This document shows positions 38,084 through 47,002 of a stretch of DNA of 60,280 nucleotides, piece after piece; position 1 is the stretch's first letter, and every line of letters begins with the position of its first letter. Source of the stretch: Verrucomicrobiota bacterium (GTDB lineage: Bacteria; Verrucomicrobiota; Verrucomicrobiia; Limisphaerales; CANJSG01); assembly GCA_038209745.1 (NCBI GenBank), contig JBBQXJ010000020.1, forward strand, positions 1-60,280, given 5' to 3'. A program made the position numbers and the translations under genes. The notes beneath the pieces are model-generated. The model did not search any database and had not been told where the DNA came from. It saw only the letters and a program-made list of their open reading frames with translations.

Positions 38084-39763
38084 ATGTCACTGCTGTCCCT
38101 CCTCATTTTGGTTCCGCTGCTGGCGGCGCTGTTGGTGGTGCTGATTCCGGGCAACTACCGCTTCGTCATCCGTCTCATCGCGCTCGCCGCGACCTTGGTC
38201 ACGCTGCTCCTCGCGGTGGCCGTTTTCGTGAAGTTCGCGGTCGGGTCCCTTCCCTTCGACGGGAAGCCGGGTGGTTTCCAGTTCGAGCAGACAATTCCCT
38301 GGATCGAAAGCTCGTTGGTGAACATCAATTACCATGTCGGAGTGGACGGTCTGAATCTCGGCCTCGTTCTTATGGCCGCGATCGTCGCGTTCGCCGCGAC
38401 CTGTGTCTCGTGGGACATCAAGACGAACGAGAAGATGTTCTACATCTTGCTGCTCCTCATGACCGGCGGAGCGATCGGCGCCTTCTGCTCGCTCGACCTG
38501 TTCTTCCTCTACTTTTTCAACGAACTCGCGCTGGTGCCGACCTTCATCATGATCGGCGTCTGGGGCCGGGGTGAGCAGAAGAACTACGCCGCCTACCAGA
38601 TCACGTTGTATCTGACGCTCGGCGCGATGATCGCGCTCGTGGGCCTGATCGCGCTCTACGTCGGCTCCGGGGTCAACTCGCTCGATCTGGCGACGCTGAA
38701 GGCGCACTTCGCGACGCACCCGCTCTCCGCCAAAAGCCAGCACCTCATCTTCCCGCTGCTGCTCTTCGGGTTCGGCATCCTGGTCGGCTTGTTCCCGTTC
38801 CACAGCTGGGCCCCGCTCGGCTACGGAGCGGCACCGACCGCCACGGCGATGATGCATGCCGGCGTGCTGAAGAAGGTCGGCCTCTATGCGATCATCCGCG
38901 TGGCCCTGCCCTTCATGCCCGAAGCAGCCGGAACCTGGATGCACGTCCTCGCCTGGCTTTGCCTCGGCAACATCCTCTTCTGCGGTTGGGTCGCCATGCG
39001 GCAGAAGGATCTCAACATGCTGATCGGAAACTCTTCCGTGGCGCACATGGGTTTTGTTTTTCTCGGGATCGCCAGCATTTCGGTGATCGGCTTGACCGGC
39101 GCCGTCGTCATCATGTTTGCCCACGGACTATTGGCCGCATTGAGCTATGCGTTGACCGGCTACATCTACAGCGAGACCAGGACGCTGGAGATTTCCCGGC
39201 TCGGTGGACTGCTCCGCAAGATGCCATTCATCGGGGCGACCATGATCGCGTGTTTCATGGCCGGTTGCGGTCTGCCTGGCTTCGCCAACTTCGCCGGTGA
39301 ACTGCTGGTGATGATCGGCGCGTGGAAAGGTCTCTCGAACTTTGTGGTGGCGGCCGCCTGGGGTGGACTGGTCATCGGAGCGATCTACATGCTCCGCGCC
39401 ATCCGCGCGGTCCTGCACGGCCCGGTGTCCGACAAGATGGGCACCGTCGGCGAATTCACGATCAAGGAACCGCTTCCGCAGGACACGGGCGACCTCGGAT
39501 TCCTCGGCGGCGTGACCAAGGCATTCCACTCCGCGTTGGGTGGGAATCTTTGGCAGGTGTGGCGAAAACTGCCCTATGCGCTCCTGCTGGTCGCATTGCT
39601 GCTGTTTGGCTTTTTTCCGGCGATCCTCACGGATCGCATCCGCCCGGCCATCGCCGAAGTGGTGGCGGCCGCCAAGCCCAAGACCGCCGCCATGGTCAAC
39701 GTGAAGACGCCGGCCGCTGCCGTGGCCGCCGCGACGCCCAACGCTCTCCCGACCGCCCAATGA
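38084..39763 (+). CDS. nuoM: NADH-quinone oxidoreductase subunit M
   Basis: GVDGL, E..LVP, FPFHSW.P, SSVAHMG, GLPG..NF.GE; start at ATG 38084. Confidence 0.95.
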   Translation: MSLLSLLILVPLLAALLVVLIPGNYRFVIRLIALAATLVTLLLAVAVFVKFAVGSLPFDGKPGGFQFEQTIPWIESSLVNINYHVGVDGLNLGLVLMAAIVAFAATCVSWDIKTNEKMFYILLLLMTGGAIGAFCSLDLFFLYFFNELALVPTFIMIGVWGRGEQKNYAAYQITLYLTLGAMIALVGLIALYVGSGVNSLDLATLKAHFATHPLSAKSQHLIFPLLLFGFGILVGLFPFHSWAPLGYGAAPTATAMMHAGVLKKVGLYAIIRVALPFMPEAAGTWMHVLAWLCLGNILFCGWVAMRQKDLNMLIGNSSVAHMGFVFLGIASISVIGLTGAVVIMFAHGLLAALSYALTGYIYSETRTLEISRLGGLLRKMPFIGATMIACFMAGCGLPGFANFAGELLVMIGAWKGLSNFVVAAAWGGLVIGAIYMLRAIRAVLHGPVSDKMGTVGEFTIKEPLPQDTGDLGFLGGVTKAFHSALGGNLWQVWRKLPYALLLVALLLFGFFPAILTDRIRPAIAEVVAAAKPKTAAMVNVKTPAAAVAAATPNALPTAQ

Positions 39764-41214
39764 ACGACTATCAGCTCATCAGTCTCGAACTTGCCGTCGT
39801 CCTCCTGGCGATCGGCGTGTTGCTGGCCGATCTCTGGATGTCCGCCACCCAGCGCAAGAGGCTCGGCTACGTGGCCGCCGCCGGTGTCGGAGCCGTGTTG
39901 ATCGCCAGCTTCCTCGTCGACTTTCCCGACTTCGGTTTCGCCTTCGGCAAGATGTATGCGATGGATCCGCTGGCGATGTTCTTCAAGCGGTTCTTCCTCG
40001 TGGCCGCGATCATCGTCCTCCTCCTGGCCGTGGATTTCTCGGACCGGGTCAAGGCCGGGGCCACCGAGCTCTATGTGATCATCCTCTTCGCGTTGGTGGG
40101 AATGATGTTCTGTGCCTCGGCCAACGACTTCGTGTTGATGTTCGCGGCGCTCGAGACGATCACCGTGAGCTTCTACGTCCTGACCAGCTTCATGCGGAAT
40201 CGGCTCCAGTCGCTGGAGGCGGGCGTGAAATACCTGATCCTCGGCGCGCTCTCGACCGGCTTCACCGTCTTCGGCATCGCGCTGGTCTTTGGCACCGCGA
40301 ACACGATGAACTTCGAGAAGCTGATGATCGCCGCGCCCGATCTTCTCGGAAACCATCTCTTTCTGCTCGGCCTGCTGTTCGTCCTCTCAGGGCTGGGCTT
40401 CAAGATCGCGGCGTTTCCCTTCCAGAGCTGGGCGCCGGATGTGTACCAGGGTTCGCCCGCACCGGTGACCGCGTTTCTGGCGGTAGGCTCAAAGGCCGCC
40501 GGTTTTGTCCTTCTTTTGCGGCTCCTCTTCGGTGGCGTGCCGTCCGTCGCGGCGGAATGGAAGGACCTGTTGGTCTACCTCGCGGCGTTCACCATTCTCT
40601 ACGGAAATCTTTGCGCCATTCCGCAGCGCAGCCTGAAGCGACTGCTCGGCTATTCCAGCATCGCCAACGCCGGCTACCTCCTGATCGGCGTGGCGGCTGT
40701 GAGCAAGGTCGGGGTGACGGCGGTGCTGTTCTATCTCGTCGGCTACCTCTTCACCGTGTTGGCGGCGTTCACCGTGATCAGCGTGGTGACCCGGCACACC
40801 GAGTCGGATGACATCGGTGCTTTCGCCGGATTGGGCCGCCGTTCTCCGCTGCTGGCGGCCGGGTTGACCTTCGCGATGGTTTCGTTGGCAGGCATCCCGC
40901 CGTTGGTGGGATTCTTCGGCAAGTTCATGCTGCTGAAGGCGGCCATCGAGGGCGGTGCGAAATTCACCGGCTACTACTGTCTGGTCGGCGTGGCCGTTTT
41001 CGGCGTGGTGGTCTCGCTCTACTACTATTTTGGGGTGATCCGGGCTATGTTCTGGTCCCGCGAACCGGCCGATCTCTCGCCCATCCCGGTTCCGGGGACG
41101 ATGAAACTGACGCTGGGTGTCTGTATGGCGGCGATGCTGGTTCTGGGCGTCTATTGGAAGCCGGTGCTGGATTCGGCGACGGAAGCAGTCGCGGTGTTCA
41201 CGCGGTTGCGTTGA
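39760..41214 (+). CDS. nuoN: NADH-quinone oxidoreductase subunit N
   Basis: EAGVKY.ILG, FKIAAFPF..WAPDVYQGSP, KRLLGYSSI, SLAGIPP..GF.GK. Confidence 0.96.
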   Translation: MNDYQLISLELAVVLLAIGVLLADLWMSATQRKRLGYVAAAGVGAVLIASFLVDFPDFGFAFGKMYAMDPLAMFFKRFFLVAAIIVLLLAVDFSDRVKAGATELYVIILFALVGMMFCASANDFVLMFAALETITVSFYVLTSFMRNRLQSLEAGVKYLILGALSTGFTVFGIALVFGTANTMNFEKLMIAAPDLLGNHLFLLGLLFVLSGLGFKIAAFPFQSWAPDVYQGSPAPVTAFLAVGSKAAGFVLLLRLLFGGVPSVAAEWKDLLVYLAAFTILYGNLCAIPQRSLKRLLGYSSIANAGYLLIGVAAVSKVGVTAVLFYLVGYLFTVLAAFTVISVVTRHTESDDIGAFAGLGRRSPLLAAGLTFAMVSLAGIPPLVGFFGKFMLLKAAIEGGAKFTGYYCLVGVAVFGVVVSLYYYFGVIRAMFWSREPADLSPIPVPGTMKLTLGVCMAAMLVLGVYWKPVLDSATEAVAVFTRLR

Positions 41215-41233
41215 TCTGGGTTTGGGCAATTTC

Positions 41234-41269
41234 AAGGGCGGGCCCGCAACGGGCCCGCCCTTTTCATTT
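41234..41269 (+). terminator. Rho-independent terminator of the nuo operon
   Basis: AAGGGCGGGCCCG-CAA-CGGGCCCGCCCTT perfect stem followed by TTCATTT. Confidence 0.92.
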
Positions 41270-41433
41270 CTGGATCGAACAGTTGACCGACGGGAACGAT
41301 TTCATCAAAGAGTAGGAAAAGCAGAACTGTGTTTCGTCATAGAGCGGGATGAAAAGGCGGATCAGAGTGGAGCGCTGTGCGGGCTCAGGCTGCGAATTGC
41401 GAATCAATCCAAAACAACCACGGACCACACACC

Positions 41434-42111
41434 ATGAGACTCAGCCCAATTATCCCGACCATCATCACGGTGGGACTCGCCATTTCCGCTCGCGCGACGG
41501 TGGTGGCGCTATGGACCTTCGAAACATCAAAGCCTTCGGCGTCGAGTGGAGCCGTCTATTCGGGAATTTTGCCCGAGTTTGGAAGTGGATCCGGTTCGGG
41601 TGTCCACACTGACAGTTCTTCCGTTTGGAGCAATCCGGCTGGCAATGGCTCGGCCGAGTCCTTCAGCGTGAACCACTGGTCTCTCGGTGATTATTTTCAG
41701 TTCAAAACGAGCCTGACTGGATTCCAAGATGTCCAGCTGAGTTGGGGGCAGACCCGGAGTTCCACGGCGCCGGCTGGATTCACGCTGTCTTGGAGCACAG
41801 ATGGATCGACCTTCAATCCTGCTGAGACCTATTCGGTCGGAACAGACTCGTGGAGTTCAGGAACCTTTAATTCTGGGTCCGTCTTCACAAAAGACCTGAC
41901 CAGTGTTTCCGGTCTGGACGATGCGTCGATCGCTTACTTCAGGTTGACCGCCAATGCAGACGCTTCCGGTGGGACAGGAGCGGTCCGGGTGGATGATTTC
42001 CAGATAAGTGCGGTCCCTTTGATCACTCCCGTGCCGGAGCTGTCCACCGTCGGAGCCGTGGGCTTTGCTGTTGTTTTTCTTGGTGCCGCTTGGCGACGGC
42101 GCTGTTGTTGA
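41434..42111 (+). CDS. PEP-CTERM sorting-domain surface protein (VPEL variant)
   Basis: Signal peptide, Ser/Thr-rich beta domain, C-terminal PVPELST + TM + RRR. Confidence 0.85.
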   Translation: MRLSPIIPTIITVGLAISARATVVALWTFETSKPSASSGAVYSGILPEFGSGSGSGVHTDSSSVWSNPAGNGSAESFSVNHWSLGDYFQFKTSLTGFQDVQLSWGQTRSSTAPAGFTLSWSTDGSTFNPAETYSVGTDSWSSGTFNSGSVFTKDLTSVSGLDDASIAYFRLTANADASGGTGAVRVDDFQISAVPLITPVPELSTVGAVGFAVVFLGAAWRRRCC

Positions 42112-42114
42112 CGA

Positions 42115-42852
42115 TCAGTTGGCGGCCCGGGTTTCGGCCGAGAGACGCTGATAGGTCAGAAAGCGTTCATCTCCGACTGCCTGTGAACTTTGCAGGGTAA
42201 ACTGGGTGGAGTCGTCCAGGCGACTGAACCCTACTCCGTCGGAGATGCTGGGCGCGTTTCTCCCCCCGATGATCAGGGGACAAATCGTGAGGTGGAGTTC
42301 ATCCACGAGGTCTGCGCGAAACAGAGCGTCGTTCAAGGCGCCACCGCCTTCGCACAGCAGCCGTTTCACGTTCCATTCCTTCATGAGCCAACGGACCGCT
42401 TCGCCAAAATCAACCTCGCTCCCGGCTCCGGCGGCGAAAACTGAGGTGGCGACCTTCTTGAGCGCGTTTTGGCGGGCTTTGGGCACACGCCCTCCCGTGA
42501 TGACCAGGATGGGCGAGAATTGTTCCCGGAAAACTTTCGCGGCGGGATCGACGCTGCCCGAGCCGCTGATGATGACCCGGAGATTGAATTCCGAGAGACC
42601 GCGACGGAGACGGACTTGGCGCCACTTGGCCGCGCCGGGACCCATGTCGATGGGGTTCAGATCGGCTGTGCGGGCGCCGTTCATCACGGCGTCCACGGTG
42701 GAGCGGAGTCGATGGAGGTTTTCCCCGTCGGCCGGCGACCCGAACGACGAGACGCGGCGATTGCTCGTGGCAATCTTGCCGTCGGCGGACATCGCCATGT
42801 TGACGAGAATGTAGGGTCGCCCATCGGGCGGCGTCGGATCGGGGAGCTTCAT
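42115..42852 (-). CDS. RibD C-terminal (pyrimidine reductase / DHFR-like) domain protein
   Basis: RPY...MAMSADGKI, HRLR...DAV..GA.T, LLCEGGG.LN, LVDEL. Confidence 0.85.
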   Translation of the reverse strand: MKLPDPTPPDGRPYILVNMAMSADGKIATSNRRVSSFGSPADGENLHRLRSTVDAVMNGARTADLNPIDMGPGAAKWRQVRLRRGLSEFNLRVIISGSGSVDPAAKVFREQFSPILVITGGRVPKARQNALKKVATSVFAAGAGSEVDFGEAVRWLMKEWNVKRLLCEGGGALNDALFRADLVDELHLTICPLIIGGRNAPSISDGVGFSRLDDSTQFTLQSSQAVGDERFLTYQRLSAETRAAN

Positions 42853-43940
42853 GTCAGGAACATGGCGTCACCGTAGCTGAAGAATCGATATCGCTCGCGG
42901 ATGGCTTCGGCGTAGGCGCGAAGGATGAGGGCGCGTCCAGCTTCGGCTTGGTCCGGGGCGGCGAAGGCGCTCACCAGCATGAGGAGTGTGGAGCGGGGCA
43001 GGTGAAAGTTGGTGACCAGCGCGTCGACGACCGAGAATCGGGCGGGTGGGCGGAGGAAAATCGAGGTCGAGCCGGCACCGGCGACGATGCTTCCCGCGTT
43101 GTCGCGGGCGACGGATTCGAGCACTCGCAGCGAGGTGGTTCCCACGCTGACGACTCGGCGCCGATCGGCTTTGGCGCGGTTGATGGCGTCGGCAGTTTCG
43201 GGGGGGACTGTGTAGCGCTCCTCGTGCATTTGATGGTCTTCGACTTGGTCCACTTTGATCGGCGCAAAGGTTCCGAGACCTACGTGGAGAGTGACGAAAC
43301 GGGCCTCGATCAAGCCGCTCCGGAGGCGTTCGAGCAGGTCGGGTGTGAAGTGCAGCCCCGCAGTCGGCGCGGCGACCGATCCACTCGGGCCTGCGTAGAC
43401 CGTCTGGTAGCGGGCTTTGTCTTCGGGGCTGCTGGCTCCCGCAGTGCGGTGGATGTAGGGGGGCAACGGCATTTCGCCCCAGGCCTGGGAGATCCTCTCA
43501 AAGTCGTCACCGCTACCCAGTCGAAGGCGGCGATGCCCTTCGGCGTTCACGTCGGCGACTTCGGCGAAGGTGCCGGTGGGCTGGCCCGATGGGTCCAGGA
43601 GTTCGATCCGTTTGCCAACAGGGGCCCGCTTTCCCGGGCGCATCATTGTCCACCAATCGGCGGCGGTGCAGGCCCGCACCAGAAGGATTTCGAACTTGCC
43701 GCCGGTTTCGGGGTCGCGTGCCCTAAGACGTGCGGGGATCACTTTTGAATTGTTGAAGACGAGAAGGTCTCCCGCCCGCAGGTGATCCGGCAGATCCCTG
43801 AAATGGTGGTGCGCGAGACTTCCTGTGGCCCGATTGGCCACCATCAGTCGGGAATCGTCCCGCTGGGCCAGCGGCTGCTGCGCAATCAGCTCTTCGGGCA
43901 GGGCATATTCAAAATCACTCGTCCGCACTGGCAGGAGCAT
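42849..43940 (-). CDS. queA: S-adenosylmethionine:tRNA ribosyltransferase-isomerase
   Basis: LPEELIAQ, PLPPYI, RYQTVYA, VAAPTAGLHFT, TLHVGLGTF, TNFHLPRSTL, YRFFSYGDAM. Confidence 0.97.
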   Translation of the reverse strand: MLLPVRTSDFEYALPEELIAQQPLAQRDDSRLMVANRATGSLAHHHFRDLPDHLRAGDLLVFNNSKVIPARLRARDPETGGKFEILLVRACTAADWWTMMRPGKRAPVGKRIELLDPSGQPTGTFAEVADVNAEGHRRLRLGSGDDFERISQAWGEMPLPPYIHRTAGASSPEDKARYQTVYAGPSGSVAAPTAGLHFTPDLLERLRSGLIEARFVTLHVGLGTFAPIKVDQVEDHQMHEERYTVPPETADAINRAKADRRRVVSVGTTSLRVLESVARDNAGSIVAGAGSTSIFLRPPARFSVVDALVTNFHLPRSTLLMLVSAFAAPDQAEAGRALILRAYAEAIRERYRFFSYGDAMFLT

Positions 43941-44080
43941 CTTCAGCTTGGGTGGGAGATCAAGGATCCGTGGAGGGTCCGGTCGATTCAGTTTGAACGA
44001 TGGAGGCAGGATCCGTCGCGATGGAGGTCCATTTTTCGGCGACGGGGAGATAAGACGCGGTGGTTGTCGACAAGATCGGG

Positions 44081-44124
44081 GGGGCGCCGAGTGGGGGAAG
44101 GTGGGGCCGGGTGGATCTTCGTGG
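44081..44124 (+). promoter_or_regulatory. Distal array of 10-bp-phased GTGG repeats (putative MraZ boxes)
   Basis: GTGG at 44091, 44101, 44111 and 44121, plus GGGG at 44081. Confidence 0.55.
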
Positions 44125-44381
44125 TCGAAGTTGAGCCATGCGGTGGGGTGCGAGGGCGAAAAAGAAGTGCGGGATAGTGACCTTGCCAGAAGAAGAATAT
44201 CGATATCGTGGGTGTAAGAACTCAGGGAGGGACAACGAGAACGGGTGGAGTCCGGCTAAAACCAAACCCAGAGAACCGAGCGCTTCCGGGAATCTTTGGA
44301 ACGAAGCTGACCTTCGCAACTGACTCAAAGGTAGGCGAATGGAAGTATCCTCTTCGGTTGATGAGGGCGTTGTGCCCAACT

Positions 44382-44390
44382 TGTGAATAA
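44382..44390. promoter_or_regulatory. Single DnaA-box consensus match
   Basis: TGTGAATAA is the reverse complement of TTATTCACA, matching TTWTNCACA. Confidence 0.35.
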
Positions 44391-44418
44391 CTTCGGGTTG
44401 CCCAAAAGTTGAAAGCAA

Positions 44419-44485
44419 TTGACCAAAGTGGGGCTAAAGGGGTTAAGTTGTGGCGTTATGGGGCCGTTAGGGGAAGTAGATGGGG
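44419..44485 (+). promoter_or_regulatory. dcw promoter region with proximal MraZ-box-like G-run repeats
   Basis: TTGACC at 44419, then GTGGGG/AGGGG/TGTGG/ATGGGG/TAGGGG/ATGGGG at about 10-bp intervals up to the mraZ start. Confidence 0.65.
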
Positions 44486-44496
44486 CTTCATTGGTT

Positions 44497-44952
44497 ATGT
44501 CGGACGCGCCTAAATCTGAAAAAATCTTCAACTCTACTTTCCCGATGAAAGTGGATGAGAAGCGGCGCGTGCAGATCCCCGCCAAGTGGCGACCGGACGA
44601 GACGGGGGCGGAAGTGACGATTGTGCCTTGGGAGACAGCTCACGGGATGAGCCTCCGGGTTTTCCCGCAGGCGCAGTTCCTGAAGATGGTCGAGAAGATC
44701 GAGTCGATGCCGGAAGGGTCGGTGGAGCGCGATGAGCTCATGCGCAAGGTGGGCCGGAATTCCGAGCAGGTCACGATCGACACTGTCGGTCGGATTACCC
44801 TGCCCGACGGGATGCTCAAGGCGGCGGGACTGTCAACCCAGGCAGTTTTGGTCGGAGTGGTAAGGGTGTTTGAAATTTGGAACCCGGATCGGTTCGCGGC
44901 CTCTGAAGCCAGCACGGCGCTGGGGCCCGCGAACTACCGGTTCATCGGATGA
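44497..44952 (+). CDS. mraZ: Division/cell-wall cluster transcriptional repressor MraZ
   Basis: Two DxxxR motifs (VDEKRRVQIPAKWR, IDTVGRITLP), LVGV...FEIW. Confidence 0.9.
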   Translation: MSDAPKSEKIFNSTFPMKVDEKRRVQIPAKWRPDETGAEVTIVPWETAHGMSLRVFPQAQFLKMVEKIESMPEGSVERDELMRKVGRNSEQVTIDTVGRITLPDGMLKAAGLSTQAVLVGVVRVFEIWNPDRFAASEASTALGPANYRFIG

Positions 44953-44959
44953 GGTGCGC

Positions 44960-45595
44960 ATGAATTTAAAGCGATTGCTCACAGTGGGCGGAAGTCTCGA
45001 GGCGCGGAAGGGCGCAACGGGTCGTTACAGGATGGCGCAGGGTGGCACGCTGCCGAAGTTCGAGCTTCGCGGGGACACCCTCACGGCCGTTCCCATCGAG
45101 GGAGTCGTTCGTTTGAAGGGCGCGCCGGTGAAGGATTCGGCCGGGCCGCTGTTTGATTCACCGGCTGAGTCTGCCCGGAATGCCGGGGCTGGGGCCTTGA
45201 TCGTATCGTCCGCCCCGAAATCGCCGATCGTCGCCGCGGGCAATCCGTTTTCGTCAGAAGCGCCGCCGCGACCGGTTTCGACGGGAATCCTCAAGGGACT
45301 GCTTGACTCGATCGGATCGGCGCTGAGCGATGCGTTTTCCGGTCGTCGCAACCGTGCTCGGAGACGCGCCGTCCGCGAATCGGTGCAGGGCGAGCTTGGG
45401 CTGGATTCTGTTCGCCCGCTTCGCAACGACCTTTCCGGTTCCGATTTTGAAGTCGTCGCTGCACCTGTCCCAAGGCCCGGGCTGCTGGCTCGAGGTAGTT
45501 TGCCGTCGCGAACTCCGGCCGAGCCAGCAGCACCGGCCGACGGAGCGCCCCCGGTGCATCGGTCCGAAGTCCGCCTGCTCGGTGCGGAGGACTGA
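44960..45595 (+). CDS. Hypothetical protein between mraZ and rsmH
   Basis: 211-aa ORF filling the gap, with GAGGTG upstream; motif-like blocks RYRM...LPKF, NPF, VQGELGLD.V...RNDLS.SD.EVV separated by low-complexity linkers. Confidence 0.65.
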   Translation: MNLKRLLTVGGSLEARKGATGRYRMAQGGTLPKFELRGDTLTAVPIEGVVRLKGAPVKDSAGPLFDSPAESARNAGAGALIVSSAPKSPIVAAGNPFSSEAPPRPVSTGILKGLLDSIGSALSDAFSGRRNRARRRAVRESVQGELGLDSVRPLRNDLSGSDFEVVAAPVPRPGLLARGSLPSRTPAEPAAPADGAPPVHRSEVRLLGAED

Positions 45596-45632
45596 AGCCA
45601 ATGCCCTGTGAACAGCTTTCAGCACAGCCCGG

Positions 45633-46538
45633 ATGCTTGTGGAAGTGCTGTCGGCGCTCCGGCCGCAGGACGGCGGGGCCTACGTCGACGGGACGTTGGG
45701 TGGGGCTGGGCATGCGGCAGCCATGTTGGAAGCGAGTCGGCCGACGGGACGGCTGTATGGGTCCGATCGCGATGGCGCCGCAGTCGCAGCGGCGACGGAT
45801 CGATTGGCTGAAAGATTTCCGGCCCGGTTCGAAGTGCGGCGGGCGCGCTTCTCCGAACTGGCCGACTGGGTGCCGCACGGAAGTTGCGACGGAGTGCTGT
45901 TGGATCTCGGCGTGAGTTCGCCGCAGCTCGATCGCGCCGAACGCGGTTTCAGTTTCCAGGCAGATGGGCCGCTCGACATGCGGATGGACGACCGGGATCC
46001 GGTCTCCGCAGCGGACCTGGTCAATGACCTGCCGGCCGATGAGCTGGCGACGATTTTCTGGAAGTTCGGCGATGAGCGCGAGTCGCGGCGTTTTGCGCGC
46101 GCCATCGAGCAGGATCGGCAGACGCGGAAGTTCCGGACGACCCGGGATTTGGCCGGCTTGATCGAGAGGCTCTCGCCGCGCGCCGGGAAGAAGGCCCACC
46201 CGGCCACGAAGGTGTTCCAGGCGTTGCGGATCGCGGTGAACGACGAACTGGGTGAAGTCGAACGGGGCTTGGAAGGCGCGCTGAAGATTTTGAAGCCGGG
46301 CGGCCGGCTGGCGGTGATCACGTTCCACTCGCTGGAAGACCGCTTGGTGAAACTGTTCGGGCAGCGGCTGGCGCGCGACTACGACGCGCCGGGCGATGTG
46401 GACGTTCCCGAACTGAGAGTCTCGCGGCCGCCGATGGTGCGGCTGGTGCAGCGTAAACCGGTGTTGGCCGGTGAAGCGGAAGTGGCGGCGAATCCCCGGG
46501 CGCGCAGCGCGCAGCTCCGGGTCATCGAGAAACTGTGA
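45633..46538 (+). CDS. rsmH: 16S rRNA m4C1402 methyltransferase (possible 5' frameshift)
   Basis: DGTLGGAGH, DLGVSSPQLD...RGFSF..DGPLDMRMD, HPATKVFQALRIAVN.EL, ITFHSLEDR, NPRARSA. Confidence 0.95.
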   Translation: MLVEVLSALRPQDGGAYVDGTLGGAGHAAAMLEASRPTGRLYGSDRDGAAVAAATDRLAERFPARFEVRRARFSELADWVPHGSCDGVLLDLGVSSPQLDRAERGFSFQADGPLDMRMDDRDPVSAADLVNDLPADELATIFWKFGDERESRRFARAIEQDRQTRKFRTTRDLAGLIERLSPRAGKKAHPATKVFQALRIAVNDELGEVERGLEGALKILKPGGRLAVITFHSLEDRLVKLFGQRLARDYDAPGDVDVPELRVSRPPMVRLVQRKPVLAGEAEVAANPRARSAQLRVIEKL

Positions 46539-46539
46539 C

Positions 46540-46929
46540 ATGGCAAAGAACCGAAAAACCCAGAGCGATACGGTGCGTTTCAGCGCCGTGGCGCGCGTGC
46601 TTCTGCTCTGCGTGTTCTTTGGCGGATCCGCCATCGGCTACGTCTGGCAGCAGGGCCAGATCATGAAGCTGAACGTCCGGCGCAAAGCCCTCGAAACCGT
46701 GTTGGGCGACCTGCAGGTGCAGAACCGCCGGCGAAACGACCAGTTTGAGAGCCAGTTGTTGCCGAAAGCTTTGGAGGACCGCGTCCGGGGCATGAACCTC
46801 GGACTCGCTCCGCACAACCCGGCCCAGGTCGTCCGACTGGCGGAGCCTGCGGCCGGTATGCCGGCCGCTATGATGGGCGGGCAGAAGACGCCCGATCCAC
46901 GTATCACGGCTTCGGCCGAACTTCCGTGA
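46540..46929 (+). CDS. ftsL: FtsL-like cell division protein
   Basis: Basic N-terminus, one TM, coiled coil; located between rsmH and the PBP. Confidence 0.6.
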   Translation: MAKNRKTQSDTVRFSAVARVLLLCVFFGGSAIGYVWQQGQIMKLNVRRKALETVLGDLQVQNRRRNDQFESQLLPKALEDRVRGMNLGLAPHNPAQVVRLAEPAAGMPAAMMGGQKTPDPRITASAELP

Positions 46930-47002
46930 ACCGGGGTCTCCCGCGGCGGTTTCCCAGGAGGAACCAGTCCGCTGCGGGAGGCATCCAAACTCAAACAGCT
47001 CC

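Noticed and set aside
43960..44418. 152-aa minus-strand ORF in the queA-mraZ spacer
   Set aside because: No homology cues and it overlaps regulatory repeats; likely spurious
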